A stretch of DNA of 64,000 nucleotides from an uncultured Holophagales bacterium (GCA_963842525.1 CAWJGT010000006.1:193913-257912); one strand, 5' to 3'; numbered from the stretch's first letter, positions 15,700-25,481 are shown. Numbers and translations: made by a program. The notes: a model not told the origin generated them from the sequence alone.

Positions 15700-15724
15700 G
15701 CCTGGGATTGAAATCCCAGGCTAC
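15699..15724. repeat. GTAG-type REP hairpin between convergent genes
   Basis: AGCCTGGGATT-GA-AATCCCAGGCT followed by AC (GTAG on the minus strand); related to the palindromes at ~137 and ~22138. Confidence 0.6.
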
Positions 15725-15733
15725 CCCCCCAGG

Positions 15734-16441
15734 CTATCTCCCCAATAATCCGAATGGATTGACCGCCGCCCCCTTCCACCACTGCTTCTCCGGGGTCAGC
15801 CGGAAGATGGCGAAGTGGAGGTGGGGGCCGTCCGGGGAGGCGTTGCCGGTGGACCCGACGGAGCCGAGGGTCTGGCCGCGGCGGACCCAGCTCCCCTCCT
15901 GCAGGCCGTCGGCATACTGGTCGAGGTGGGCGTAGTAGTAGGTGTAGGTCTCGGCCGGATCGAACTGGTAGATCGTCAGCCCGCCCTGCTTGCTGGTGAA
16001 CAGCTTGACGATCCGCCCGTCCTCGACGGCGAGGACCGGCGTGCCGCGCGGCGCCATGATGTCCATGGCCCCGTGGACCCGGCCCTCGCCGCGAGCGTCG
16101 TCGTAGGTGTTCTGGAGCTGATCGGCCCGCAGCCCCTGGACCGGCACGATCAGGTGCTTGGCCACGAGATCGGCGGTGGGCGGCAGAGACGGGGTCCAGG
16201 GACGTGAAGGCGTTGCCGGCTGTGATGATCCCTGGGGGGCGGCCGGTCCGGGGACAGGCCGCGCCGGCTCCGTGGGCACGGACGCTGGAGGCCGCACCTC
16301 GCCGGGGGCCGGAGGCGGAGGTGCGGCCGAGGGCGACCGGAACATCCAGAGGATGAAGAGCACCGTGGCGGCTCCCAAAAGGAAGCCCCCCAGGCCCGAC
16401 AGCATCACACGTCCGCCACCCCTCTCACCCTTCTTCTCCAC
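15734..16441 (-). CDS. M23 family peptidase
   Basis: HGAMDIMAPRGTPV, YYAHLD, PHLHF; N-terminal TM and Pro-rich linker. Confidence 0.9.
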   Translation of the reverse strand: MEKKGERGGGRVMLSGLGGFLLGAATVLFILWMFRSPSAAPPPPAPGEVRPPASVPTEPARPVPGPAAPQGSSQPATPSRPWTPSLPPTADLVAKHLIVPVQGLRADQLQNTYDDARGEGRVHGAMDIMAPRGTPVLAVEDGRIVKLFTSKQGGLTIYQFDPAETYTYYYAHLDQYADGLQEGSWVRRGQTLGSVGSTGNASPDGPHLHFAIFRLTPEKQWWKGAAVNPFGLLGR

Positions 16442-16454
16442 ACCGCACCTCCCC

Positions 16455-17486
16455 TCACTCCACGAAGAAGACGTCCGTCCCCGGCCTCACCAGAGCCGCG
16501 ACCGTGAGCGCATCCCAGTTGGTCAGGCGCACGCAGCCATGCGAGAGAGTCTTCCCGATCATCTTCGGCTCCGGCGTGCCGTGCAGGCCATAGTGCTCCT
16601 TGGACAGGTCGATCCAGACCAGGCCCACCGGGTTGTTGGGACCGGCGGGGATCTTCGCCTTGGAGTGCGCCGGATCGGCGTCCCAGAACAGGTCGGGGTT
16701 GTAGTTGAAGGTCGGGTTGCGGGCGACCGCCTTGACCTTCCACTGCCCAAGGGGGAGCGGGTCGTGCTCGCTGCCGGCGCTGACCGGCGCGAAGAAGAGG
16801 ACGTCGTCCCCGCGCTCCACCGTCAGCGTGGAATTGGACTTCGAGACCGTGACCCGCACGCCGTCCGGCCCCGCAGTGGGCTCCGTGGGGACCGGACGCA
16901 CATGAGGCACACGGATCTGCTCGCCGGCCACGAACCGGGCCTGCGGGTTGAGCGCCTTGAGATAGCTGGGATTGGTGTGGAAGCGCTCGGACAGCATCTC
17001 CAGGACCGACGTGTAGCCGAGGGCCGGCAGCTTCGACTTCTCGACCAGGTCCTCGGGGATGGCCTTCACGAAGGGTCCGTCCGCGTCCTGGGGCGTGATG
17101 GCGTAGGCGGCGAGGACCTGCCGGCCTCCGGAGGCCACCAGGTTCTCCCAGGTGGCCTCGTCGATCTTGCCGGTAGGCTCCAGGTCGTGCGCCGCCTGGA
17201 AGGCCGTGAGGGCCCGGCGGGTGTTGGTGCCTCCCTGGCCGTCGATGACCCCCGGCGAGAAACCGGTCCGGTCGAGCAGGATCTGGACGTCGCCGGCCGA
17301 CTTCATGGACGGCCCCTCGCCGTCCGCGGCCTGCGGTTGCCCCGGCTGTGGCTGGACCTGTTCGGGCGGTGCAGGGGTGGCCGCCCGCTGGCCCTCGCCG
17401 GGCAGGGGCGGCCGGGCAGCGGCAGCGGTCAGGCCCGGGGTGAGCAGGCAAAGCAGGATCAGGGACCTATGAAAAGCCTTCGGCAT
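16455..17486 (-). CDS. L,D-transpeptidase with a peptidoglycan-binding domain
   Basis: Signal peptide; PG_binding_1-like region; YGLHGTPEP...SHGCVRL catalytic motif. Confidence 0.92.
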   Translation of the reverse strand: MPKAFHRSLILLCLLTPGLTAAAARPPLPGEGQRAATPAPPEQVQPQPGQPQAADGEGPSMKSAGDVQILLDRTGFSPGVIDGQGGTNTRRALTAFQAAHDLEPTGKIDEATWENLVASGGRQVLAAYAITPQDADGPFVKAIPEDLVEKSKLPALGYTSVLEMLSERFHTNPSYLKALNPQARFVAGEQIRVPHVRPVPTEPTAGPDGVRVTVSKSNSTLTVERGDDVLFFAPVSAGSEHDPLPLGQWKVKAVARNPTFNYNPDLFWDADPAHSKAKIPAGPNNPVGLVWIDLSKEHYGLHGTPEPKMIGKTLSHGCVRLTNWDALTVAALVRPGTDVFFVE

Positions 17487-17591
17487 GATGTTGTCTCCTG
17501 GTGGGTCCGCGCGGAGCGGAACCGGTCTGACCCCCTAGGATGCAACGCGCGAGCCACCGTGTGAAAGAATGGAGCCCCCGGGAGCCCATAC

Positions 17592-18728
17592 ATGCTCGAC
17601 AAGCCTGAAAAGACCCTCAGCCGCTACTTCTTCATCGTCGTCCTGATCGCCACCACCATCGTCTTTTTCCGGATGGTGGCGCCGTTCCTGGTGCCGGTCC
17701 TGCTGGCGGCGGTGTTCGCGACGCTCTTCTACCCGATGTACGAGGCCTTCGTGCGGCTCTTCCGGGGCCGGCGGTCCCTCGCGGCCTTCCTCTCCTGCTT
17801 CATCCTCCTCCTCGGCATGATCCTGCCGCTCTACGGGATCGCCCACCTGGTCACCCGCGAGGCGATCGACGTCTACCACACGGCACAGCAGAAGGTGGCG
17901 GAGATCATCCGCCTGGGCGAGTCGGGACCGCTGGGCCGCATCCGGAGCTCGCGCTGGGTGCAACAGCTCCAGCTCGACCAGATCAACTGGCGCGACAGCC
18001 TGCAGAACGCCGCCGCCTCGGCCGGCACCTTCGTGGCCGGGCTGATCAACCGCACCTCGCGCGGCACGCTCCAGCTCGTCGTCCTGATGTTCATCACCCT
18101 GTTCACGATGTTCTACTTCTTCCGCGACGGCCGGGTCCTGCTCCGTCGGGTGCGCTACCTGATCCCGATGGACCGGGAATCCAAGAACGCCCTCGTGGCC
18201 CGCTTCACGGCGGTCTCGCGCGCCACGGTCAAGGGCACCCTCCTCATCGCGCTCGCCCAGGGGGCGCTCGCCACCCTGACCCTCTGGATCTTCGGCGTCG
18301 GCTCGCCGTTCCTCTGGGGGGTCGTGTCCACGCTCTTCGCCATCATCCCGCTGGTCGGCGTGTGGCTGGTGCTCTACCCGGCGGCCTTCATCCAGATGGC
18401 GATCGGCAACCTGTGGCAGGGGGTCGGCATCCTGGTGGTCACCATCGTGGTGATCGTCAACGTGGACAACCTGTTGCGTCCGCGCCTGGTGGGGCAGGAG
18501 GCGGGCATGCACGACCTGATGGTCTTCTTCTCGACCCTCGGCGGCATCGGCATGTTCGGCGCCGCCGGCTTCATCATCGGCCCCATGGTGGCAGCCTTGT
18601 TCCTCTCCCTCCTGGACATCTACAGCCGGGAGTTCAAGGAGGATCTGGACGGCACGCTGACGCTGACGAACGTCCCCATGGTGACCGAGGCCCCCCCTCC
18701 TGCCGCGGGGGAGGGCGGGGCGGCGTAG
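17592..18728 (+). CDS. AI-2E family transporter
   Basis: Multi-TM; IPLVG, VDNLLRPRLVG, GFIIGP motifs. Confidence 0.9.
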   Translation: MLDKPEKTLSRYFFIVVLIATTIVFFRMVAPFLVPVLLAAVFATLFYPMYEAFVRLFRGRRSLAAFLSCFILLLGMILPLYGIAHLVTREAIDVYHTAQQKVAEIIRLGESGPLGRIRSSRWVQQLQLDQINWRDSLQNAAASAGTFVAGLINRTSRGTLQLVVLMFITLFTMFYFFRDGRVLLRRVRYLIPMDRESKNALVARFTAVSRATVKGTLLIALAQGALATLTLWIFGVGSPFLWGVVSTLFAIIPLVGVWLVLYPAAFIQMAIGNLWQGVGILVVTIVVIVNVDNLLRPRLVGQEAGMHDLMVFFSTLGGIGMFGAAGFIIGPMVAALFLSLLDIYSREFKEDLDGTLTLTNVPMVTEAPPPAAGEGGAA

Positions 18729-18768
18729 GGGCAGGCCGTCAACAAGGGCTTTGCCGAGACGGAAGAGC

Positions 18769-18799
18769 AACCTGGGCCGCCCGGTGGGCGGCCCAGGTT
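18769..18799. terminator. Putative bidirectional terminator hairpin
   Basis: AACCTGGGCCGCCC-GGT-GGGCGGCCCAGGTT, a perfect 14-bp stem between convergent genes. Confidence 0.6.
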
Positions 18800-18818
18800 G
18801 TCGGGTTTCTGCGGCGTC

Positions 18819-21413
18819 TTATCGGACCGCGGTCGACTCCACCTTCTCTCCGACCGTGTGGGTCACCTCGCCGCTGCTGGGCAGGAGCTCGGTGCGCTCG
18901 GAGGGAGTGTAGGTCGCTGTGATGCGATAGGCGCCGGGCGCGGGGAACTTCGGCGTCCAGCTCGCCCGACCCTTCGCGTCGACCTCGACCTGCGCCATCT
19001 CGGTGCCGTCGATGAAGAACTGGACGGAGCCGGTCGGTGCGCCTCTTTCGCGATCGGGCACCTTCCGCTCCACGACTGCGGTGAACGTCACCTGCTCATC
19101 GAGCTTGGTTTGCTTCTTGTCGGCGGTCACCGTGGTGGCGGTCGCGCCGGCCTGGAGCTTTTCGGTGAGCTTATAGGTTCGTGCGAAATCCGGATCGTTC
19201 ATCACCATCACGTCGAAGACGCAGTCGTCCTTCCGCCGTTCGGCGCGGATTCCGAGGCAGGCCTCCAGCGCCTTTTTCTCATCCAGGAGCTTCTCGATGG
19301 GCGGCTGCTGCGGCACGACACACGGCGCCGTCTCCGGCGGCCAATCGAGATAGGTGAACGTGTAGGTCGACGTGCCGGGCGCGTAGTCGAAGAGGCTCGA
19401 GACGGTGGTGACACGCCACGCGTCGCCGAAGGTGTTGTACAGGTCGTCATAGCGGTCGGACAGCGCGGCCGGCCTCGCTCCGAGCGAGGTGCCGTCCGGG
19501 AGCCGCGGCAGCCAGCCGTCCGTGACGTCGCCCATGATGCCCTCGAGGGCCGGCGTCTGGGAGACGTTCAGGTTGAGGTACCACTTGCTCTGCCACGCCC
19601 ACCAGCCCGGCGTCACGATCAGGTGGGTGCCGTTGGGGAATTCGATCTCGATGCCGCCCGCGATCGCCGTGGGGCTGATGCGGCCGCCGTCGCCGAGGTC
19701 GATCCCGGTGGGGCTCAGGGTCGTGAGGATGCCGTCCACGCGGAGCTGGAGACCGGCCGGATCCGGGATGCCGTTCAGATTCGGCTGGTAGGTGACCCGG
19801 TGTGCGCCCACCCGGGCGGCGACGGCGGAGGTCAGGCTCACGCAGCTCGTGAGCCCGGTGTGGCCGTTCGGCCCGAGCGTGTAATCCGTCGCGATGGGGT
19901 CGTGGCGGGCCTGGATCTCCATCCCGTCCAGGTCGAACAGCACGGTGAACTCGCCCCCGCCCTGGAAGTCGTAGTAGACCCCGTCGACGGTCGCGATATG
20001 CGGATCTCCTTCCATCGCCGCCGCCCCTCCCATTACCAGGTCGGTGTAGGCATCGAACCTCGTCGCGCCGTTGGGGTTGTCGCCGGTGCTGTTGGACACG
20101 TCGGCCCAGATCGGATGCACCCGGCCCTGGAAGTAGCTCATGCCGGAGTAGTCGCCGAACTCGATGTTCGCCTCGCCGGGGGCCGGCGGGACGGAGCCGT
20201 TGCCGCTCGTCAGAACGTCGCCCACCTGGCCGTTGGGGATGAAGGCCGGGTACATGGACGGCGTCGAGATGGTGCAGAACTCCTGCATGGTGGTGTTGGT
20301 CGGCGAGTTGCGCGCATCGTGCCAGCAGACGGCGATGTTGCCCGACAGCGGATTGCTCGCGATCCGTGGCAGGAACTGGCTGCGGATCGGTGCCGCCGGG
20401 TCGTCGTTGAAGCGGGTCGGCGCGCTCCAGGTCGCACCGTCGTTGTCCGAGTGGCGCACCATGATGTCGAGGTCGTGATTCTCGTTGACCGTCTCTTCCG
20501 TGTAGACGAGGTAGAGGCGGCCGAAATGGGGGCTCGCCGGGAGCCGGTCGTAGGCCAGGCCGGCCTCCGAATCGACGGACCGGACGTTCTGGGCCGGGAT
20601 GAAGTCGAAGCCGCCGACGTTGGTGGTGGTCGCCGCGACGCCGGCGTTGAAGTTGCCGGCGCCGAGCCCGTCGGCGTCGGTATTGACGCGGATCGTCCCG
20701 GGACCCTGGCCGCCGGTCGGGGTCTGGCAGGCCTGCACGACCGCACCGTTCGGTGCGATGGTGATGTCACCGAAGCTGCAGTTGCCCGTGTTCGGGATCG
20801 TCTGCAGCGCACCGAAGGCGCCGACCGCGCCCAGGCCGGTCACCGCGGCGCCGCGCGCCCGCATCGTGCCGCTCTGGTTCCACACCACCCAGACCGCGGT
20901 GCCGGCCGTGGTATCGGCCGCCACCACCGTCGGCTGGTCGACGCTGCCCGCGAAAGTGACGAGGGTGGTGAAATTTTGCCCGCTGTCGGTGCTGATCAGG
21001 ATCACGACGTTGGCCGCCGTGCTGTCGAGGTAGCCGAAGTAGAGATTCCCGAAGCTGTCCCAGGCCAGGGTCGGGTCGCAGCAGGAGAGCGGACCCTGCA
21101 AGGGGTCGCCGTCGGCGAGTGTCCGGTCCGTGGCGTCCGGATAGGTCCAGGTCACGCCGTGGTTGGTGCTGCGCGCGGCGAAGATCCCGGCGCCCGCGTG
21201 GTTGCAGGCGGCGAAGAGCTCCGTGTGGTTGGTCGGGTTCTTGATGATCGCGCACTCGTTCTGGTAGTTGGCCAGTTGCGAGGTGTTGACGTCGGGGTTG
21301 CTCGACATCTGAGCGTGGGCCGTGGAGCACGGAAGGAACAGCAAGAAAACTCCCGCGCAGGCCGCGGCGACGATCAGCCGGGCGGAGCGGGAAGGATGCA
21401 TGTCATTGCGCAT
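18819..21413 (-). CDS. Secreted protein: BNR/sialidase-like propeller + von Willebrand type D domain + C-terminal Ig-like domain
   Basis: Signal peptide; Asp-boxes STNHGVTW, STDSGQNF, SDNDGATW; GDPHIATVDGVYYDFQG (VWD); TGSVQFFIDG...YRITATY (Big_3-like). Confidence 0.8.
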   Translation of the reverse strand: MRNDMHPSRSARLIVAAACAGVFLLFLPCSTAHAQMSSNPDVNTSQLANYQNECAIIKNPTNHTELFAACNHAGAGIFAARSTNHGVTWTYPDATDRTLADGDPLQGPLSCCDPTLAWDSFGNLYFGYLDSTAANVVILISTDSGQNFTTLVTFAGSVDQPTVVAADTTAGTAVWVVWNQSGTMRARGAAVTGLGAVGAFGALQTIPNTGNCSFGDITIAPNGAVVQACQTPTGGQGPGTIRVNTDADGLGAGNFNAGVAATTTNVGGFDFIPAQNVRSVDSEAGLAYDRLPASPHFGRLYLVYTEETVNENHDLDIMVRHSDNDGATWSAPTRFNDDPAAPIRSQFLPRIASNPLSGNIAVCWHDARNSPTNTTMQEFCTISTPSMYPAFIPNGQVGDVLTSGNGSVPPAPGEANIEFGDYSGMSYFQGRVHPIWADVSNSTGDNPNGATRFDAYTDLVMGGAAAMEGDPHIATVDGVYYDFQGGGEFTVLFDLDGMEIQARHDPIATDYTLGPNGHTGLTSCVSLTSAVAARVGAHRVTYQPNLNGIPDPAGLQLRVDGILTTLSPTGIDLGDGGRISPTAIAGGIEIEFPNGTHLIVTPGWWAWQSKWYLNLNVSQTPALEGIMGDVTDGWLPRLPDGTSLGARPAALSDRYDDLYNTFGDAWRVTTVSSLFDYAPGTSTYTFTYLDWPPETAPCVVPQQPPIEKLLDEKKALEACLGIRAERRKDDCVFDVMVMNDPDFARTYKLTEKLQAGATATTVTADKKQTKLDEQVTFTAVVERKVPDRERGAPTGSVQFFIDGTEMAQVEVDAKGRASWTPKFPAPGAYRITATYTPSERTELLPSSGEVTHTVGEKVESTAVR

Positions 21414-21428
21414 TGGTTTCCTTTCCTC

Positions 21429-21899
21429 TTACCGTGATTGGCCTGCGGCCCAGAGACCGCGGCGAGCCGTCCGGGCTTCGTTCTCGGCCGCGGCCAGCTC
21501 TCCGTATTTGAAGTCGAAACCCTCCTGGCGCCGGGCAAGCCCTGCCCGCACCAGCTCCTGAGCGACCTCCTTGATCCCGAGGACCGGATCGTCGGTGAAC
21601 AGCCGGGACTCCATCAAGCCGTCCTCTGCGCGGCCCTCGAAGCGCATGCGCACGTTCTTGCCGAGCACCATCTCGGTGAGCCGCCGGACCGCCTCGTCGG
21701 CGAGCGGTCCCTTCTTCTCCGCCTCGATCCCGACGAGCCGGAGCACGTACTGTCCGTCGCCGTAGTCGAACGTCACCACGTTTCCGCTCTTCACCTCGAT
21801 GACCTTCCCATAGAGCGAATCTCCCGCGTGGGCAGGAAGCCAGCTCGCCCCCAGGATCAGAAGACCCAGGAGTCCTGCGCCAGCCCATTTTGTCCTCAT
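21429..21899 (-). CDS. Secreted thermonuclease (SNase)-like protein with degenerate catalytic motifs
   Basis: Signal peptide; RLVGIEA, ELVRAGLA, AENEARTARRGLWA typical of the SNase fold. Confidence 0.75.
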   Translation of the reverse strand: MRTKWAGAGLLGLLILGASWLPAHAGDSLYGKVIEVKSGNVVTFDYGDGQYVLRLVGIEAEKKGPLADEAVRRLTEMVLGKNVRMRFEGRAEDGLMESRLFTDDPVLGIKEVAQELVRAGLARRQEGFDFKYGELAAAENEARTARRGLWAAGQSR

Positions 21900-22111
21900 C
21901 AGAACGCCTCCTTAAGAGATGGATCGAGCTCCCAAATTGGAGCTCCTTCGACTTCACCTGCTTGAACCTCTAATAAGAAAGGTGCTTCAAGGGTGGGAAA
22001 CGAGCCGCGAGAGGGAGGCACGGCGCGCGCGAACGCCGCGGACCGCCACCCAGTGTGGCGGGTTGTGGTGCCAGCATTTGTTTGCCGCGAGACGGATGGG
22101 CAGGGCCGGCC

Positions 22112-22319
22112 AATCAGCCCCGCAGGGGCGGCCGGAATTAGCCCGGGATTTCAATCCCGGGGATCGGGCGCACACCCAAACCCGGAGCCCCACCAGGGGC
22201 GACAGGAATACGACCGGCGAGCCCCTGCCGCCCCTACCGGGGCTGATGGAGAGGGTTTGGCCTTCCCTACCCGGCCCTGAAGGACCGGGCTAATTCCGGC
22301 CGCCCCTGCGGGGCTGATT
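22112..22319. repeat. REPIN-like palindromic element
   Basis: Perfect 35-bp terminal inverted repeat AATCAGCCCCGCAGGGGCGGCCGGAATTAGCCCGG; related to the interior of 95-334. Confidence 0.85.
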
Positions 22320-22386
22320 TCCAGCCCTGGGACTGCCGGCATAATGAAATAATGAAGGTGTTGCCTGTCGAGCCAGCGAGGACTCC

Positions 22387-23781
22387 ATGCGAGACCAGGT
22401 CTTCATCAGCTACAGCCATCGCGACAAGAGGCTCATGGAAGATCTTCTCGCGCACCTGAAGCCCTACGTCCGCTCAGGCTCCATCACGGCCTGGTCGGAC
22501 AAGCAGATCGCTGCGGGCTCGAAGTGGCTGGCCGAGATTCAGGCGGCCTTGGAAAAGACCAGGGTCGCAGTCCTGCTCGTGAGCCCCCATTTCCTCGCAT
22601 CGGATTTCATTCACGACCACGAGCTTGGACCGCTTTTGAAAGAAGCCGACGCAGGAGGCGTCAAGATCCTGTGGGTTCAGGTCCGGGCGTCCAGCTACAA
22701 GGAAACCCCCCTCGAAGCCTACCAGGCCGTGGTTTCACCGCCGGCCAAGCCGTTGGCGCAGATGGGGCCAGAGCGCGACCAGGCGTGGGTTCAGCTCTGC
22801 GAGGAGGTGAAGAAGGCTGTAAGCGCGCAGAAAACGCCGCTGCCTGTGTACTCCACCCCCCTCCTCGACCTCGGCCGCCTGCCCATCCCCGGCCCGACGT
22901 TCGTCGGCCGCGAAGCCGAGCTCGCCCGTCTCGATGCCGCCTGGGAGGAACCATCCATCCACGTCCTCACCCTGGTGGCCTTCGGAGGCGTCGGCAAGTC
23001 AGCCCTGGTCGCCCGCTGGCTCGACCGCATGGCGGCCGACGGCTGGCGCGGAGCCGCGCGGGTGCTGGACTGGTCGTTCTACAGCCAGGGCTCCGAGGAC
23101 CGGGTCACCTCCGCCGAGCCGTTCATCAACCACGCTCTCCTCTTCTTCGGCGATCCCGATCCCAAGGCCGGCTCCCTGCACGATCGCGGCGCCCGTCTTG
23201 CCATTCTAATAAGGATGCAACGCTCCCTGCTCGTCCTCGACGGCATCGAGCCGCTGCAATACCCGCCGGGCCGGCCGGAGATCGAGGGCCGCCTTAAGGA
23301 CCCAGGCCTCGCCGCTCTGCTCAAGGGCCTGGCCGCGGGCAATCCGGGCCTCTGCGTGGTCACCACCCGGGAACGGATCGCCGACCTCGACGGTTCGCTG
23401 AGCACGGCGCCCCTCACCCTGACCCTCCTCGGCAACTTCCTGCGCAAGGCCCACGACGGCGATGTCCGCAATCTGCGCGAGATCGACCTCCATCAAGCCG
23501 ATAAGAAGCAGGGCGGCCACGCCTCCGCCGTGATCGCCGCCTATGCCGGCTGGCTGGGAGAGGGACCGGAGCTGGCGATCCTCCGCCTCCTCGGCCTCTT
23601 CGACCACCCCGCGGAGGCCGACGCCCTGAAGGTCCTGCGCGCGGCGCCGCCTATCCCGGGGCTGACGGAGCCTCTGGTGGACCTCTCGGACGAGGACTGG
23701 CGGCTCGCCGTCGCCACCCTGCGGGAGGACCACAGCCTGCTGGCGGCGGCCGATGGTCGACCCCTTGTCAACGGGCGCTGA
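22387..23781 (+). CDS. TIR domain + STAND/P-loop NTPase, apparently truncated (no C-terminal sensor repeats)
   Basis: VFISYSHRD...SPHFLASDFIHDHEL (TIR); FVGREAEL, GGVGKS, LLVLDGIE, VVTTR (NTPase). Confidence 0.8.
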   Translation: MRDQVFISYSHRDKRLMEDLLAHLKPYVRSGSITAWSDKQIAAGSKWLAEIQAALEKTRVAVLLVSPHFLASDFIHDHELGPLLKEADAGGVKILWVQVRASSYKETPLEAYQAVVSPPAKPLAQMGPERDQAWVQLCEEVKKAVSAQKTPLPVYSTPLLDLGRLPIPGPTFVGREAELARLDAAWEEPSIHVLTLVAFGGVGKSALVARWLDRMAADGWRGAARVLDWSFYSQGSEDRVTSAEPFINHALLFFGDPDPKAGSLHDRGARLAILIRMQRSLLVLDGIEPLQYPPGRPEIEGRLKDPGLAALLKGLAAGNPGLCVVTTRERIADLDGSLSTAPLTLTLLGNFLRKAHDGDVRNLREIDLHQADKKQGGHASAVIAAYAGWLGEGPELAILRLLGLFDHPAEADALKVLRAAPPIPGLTEPLVDLSDEDWRLAVATLREDHSLLAAADGRPLVNGR

Positions 23782-23963
23782 TTGCCCCTGGTCAATTCTC
23801 GACCTGCCAGACGGCTTCAATTGGGGACGCCTACCCCGGAAAGATCACCACCCGCCGGTAGGGCTCAGGGCTCCTCGCGCAGCGCCTCTTCGTCCTGCGA
23901 CCGCACGTCGCCTTGGCCGGTTCTGCTACACTGGTGCGGTCGATCCCTGCGGACGAGTAGTCC

Positions 23964-24503
23964 ATGAGAAGCACCGCCCGCAGCGCACTGCGTCCGTTCG
24001 TCGTTGCTTTTGTCGCGCTCTGGCCTCTGGTGTTGCCGTCTGCCGGCCGGGCGATCTCCGAGACGGCTTGGTCCGGCCCGTCGATCCCCTGGTGGAACCA
24101 GATCGTCGACGACGGCATCGCGTTGCAGGTGGACATCGGCCCGCTCGATGTGGCCCGGGGCGGCGTGCTGCGCGCGCGGGACGAGATTGCCTTCCGTTTC
24201 CGGCTCTATGACGCGGCCACCGGCCTGCCTCTCGCCGGGCTGGCGCCATCGGCCTGGGTCGAGCTAATCCCCGAAGGCGAGCCGTTCGATCCGGAGCGTT
24301 GCGGCGGGCGGGCGGTGCGCACCCTCGCCGGCGCGCCTCTCTCAGGCCTCGCCGAACAGTCCCGGCCCGGCACCTACGAGACCGTCGCCCGGCTCGGGCG
24401 CGCCGGACGTTATGAGGTCCTGTTCCTCGTGGAGACGCCGCGCGTCGTCCAGTGCTTCCAGGTGGACGTGCGGCCGGGCCGGGTTGCTTGGCTACGGCGT
24501 TAG
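23964..24503 (+). CDS. Hypothetical secreted protein
   Basis: Signal-peptide-like N-terminus; beta-rich; stop codon overlaps the left end of the adjacent MITE. Confidence 0.55.
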   Translation: MRSTARSALRPFVVAFVALWPLVLPSAGRAISETAWSGPSIPWWNQIVDDGIALQVDIGPLDVARGGVLRARDEIAFRFRLYDAATGLPLAGLAPSAWVELIPEGEPFDPERCGGRAVRTLAGAPLSGLAEQSRPGTYETVARLGRAGRYEVLFLVETPRVVQCFQVDVRPGRVAWLRR

Positions 24504-24717
24504 AGGGTGTCTGGAAATTCCTGCGCGAGCCCTGGCCCCTCACCCCCGACCCCTCTCCCATCCGCACTCACACCCGCCCGGGAGAGGGGAGCCCCCACCC
24601 AGGAACTTCCTGATCATGCATTTCTCCCCTCTCCCGGGGGAAGGGAGTGCGGATGGGAGAGGGGTCGGGGGTGAGGGACCAAGGCGACGCCCCCAGCAGA
24701 GTTTTCCAAACATCCTC
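24503..24717. mobile_element. MITE-like element (GAG-ended TIRs, TTA target duplication) containing a CCCTCACCCCC-family palindrome
   Basis: TTA|GAGGGTGTCTGGAAA ... TTTCCAAACATCCTC|TTA; internal palindrome at 24537-24677. Confidence 0.75.
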
Positions 24718-25470
24718 TTAGGCGGGAGGAGGCAGCGCGTCCGGCAGGGGCTCCGGTCCGGTGCCGAGCCGCCGTTGGATCTCAAGTTGGCGCCGGTGGC
24801 TCAGCCAGCCGTTCAACCAGCACAAGGGGCCGAGCAGGAAGAAGATGATCCCGGGGAGCCCGTAGAAGATGCCTATGCCCTGCCAGGCCAGCGCAACCGA
24901 GAGCAGGCCTACGCCGACGTAGATCAGGTAGTGGCGGGCCCACATCCGCGCCTCGTGCCGCTCGAGCTCGTCGAGGTCGAGCTCGTCCCGGAGCCGCCAG
25001 GCGTGCAGGTAGAGCAGGACGAAGCACATGAAGACGGCGACGAAGCCCCATCCATAGATGAGCATCACGGACTGCAGCTCTTCGACGGAGCGGATGCTGT
25101 TTTTCGCATCTTCGAGGCCGAGGAACCGGCCGACGAAGCTGGTGAAGAGGAACTTCAAAGGATAGACATAGAAGAGGACCAGGAACAGCAGCACCGAGTT
25201 GATCGTCACGGTCCAGCCGTCCTGCAGCCCGTAGCGACGAAAGAACCCGTTGTGCGCCACCCACATCATCAGCAGGATGGCGAAGCTGAGGCCGAAGCCG
25301 ACGAAGCCGCGCAGGCTTTGCATCAGCTCGGGATAGGTTCGCGGCACCTCGAGCGTGACGACCAGCAGCGTCGCGGCGAAACCGAAGACGGCGTCGCTGA
25401 AGGCCTCCAGGCGCGAGACCTCACGGCCGCGGATGTGAAAGACGCGCCGTTCGGGGGGAGGGTTGGCCAC
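24718..25470 (-). CDS. TMEM175 / DUF1211 family potassium channel
   Basis: SRLEAFSDAVFGFAATLLV signature; about 6 TM; GTG start at 25470. Confidence 0.88.
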   Translation of the reverse strand: MANPPPERRVFHIRGREVSRLEAFSDAVFGFAATLLVVTLEVPRTYPELMQSLRGFVGFGLSFAILLMMWVAHNGFFRRYGLQDGWTVTINSVLLFLVLFYVYPLKFLFTSFVGRFLGLEDAKNSIRSVEELQSVMLIYGWGFVAVFMCFVLLYLHAWRLRDELDLDELERHEARMWARHYLIYVGVGLLSVALAWQGIGIFYGLPGIIFFLLGPLCWLNGWLSHRRQLEIQRRLGTGPEPLPDALPPPA

Positions 25471-25481
25471 GGGTCGCCTTT

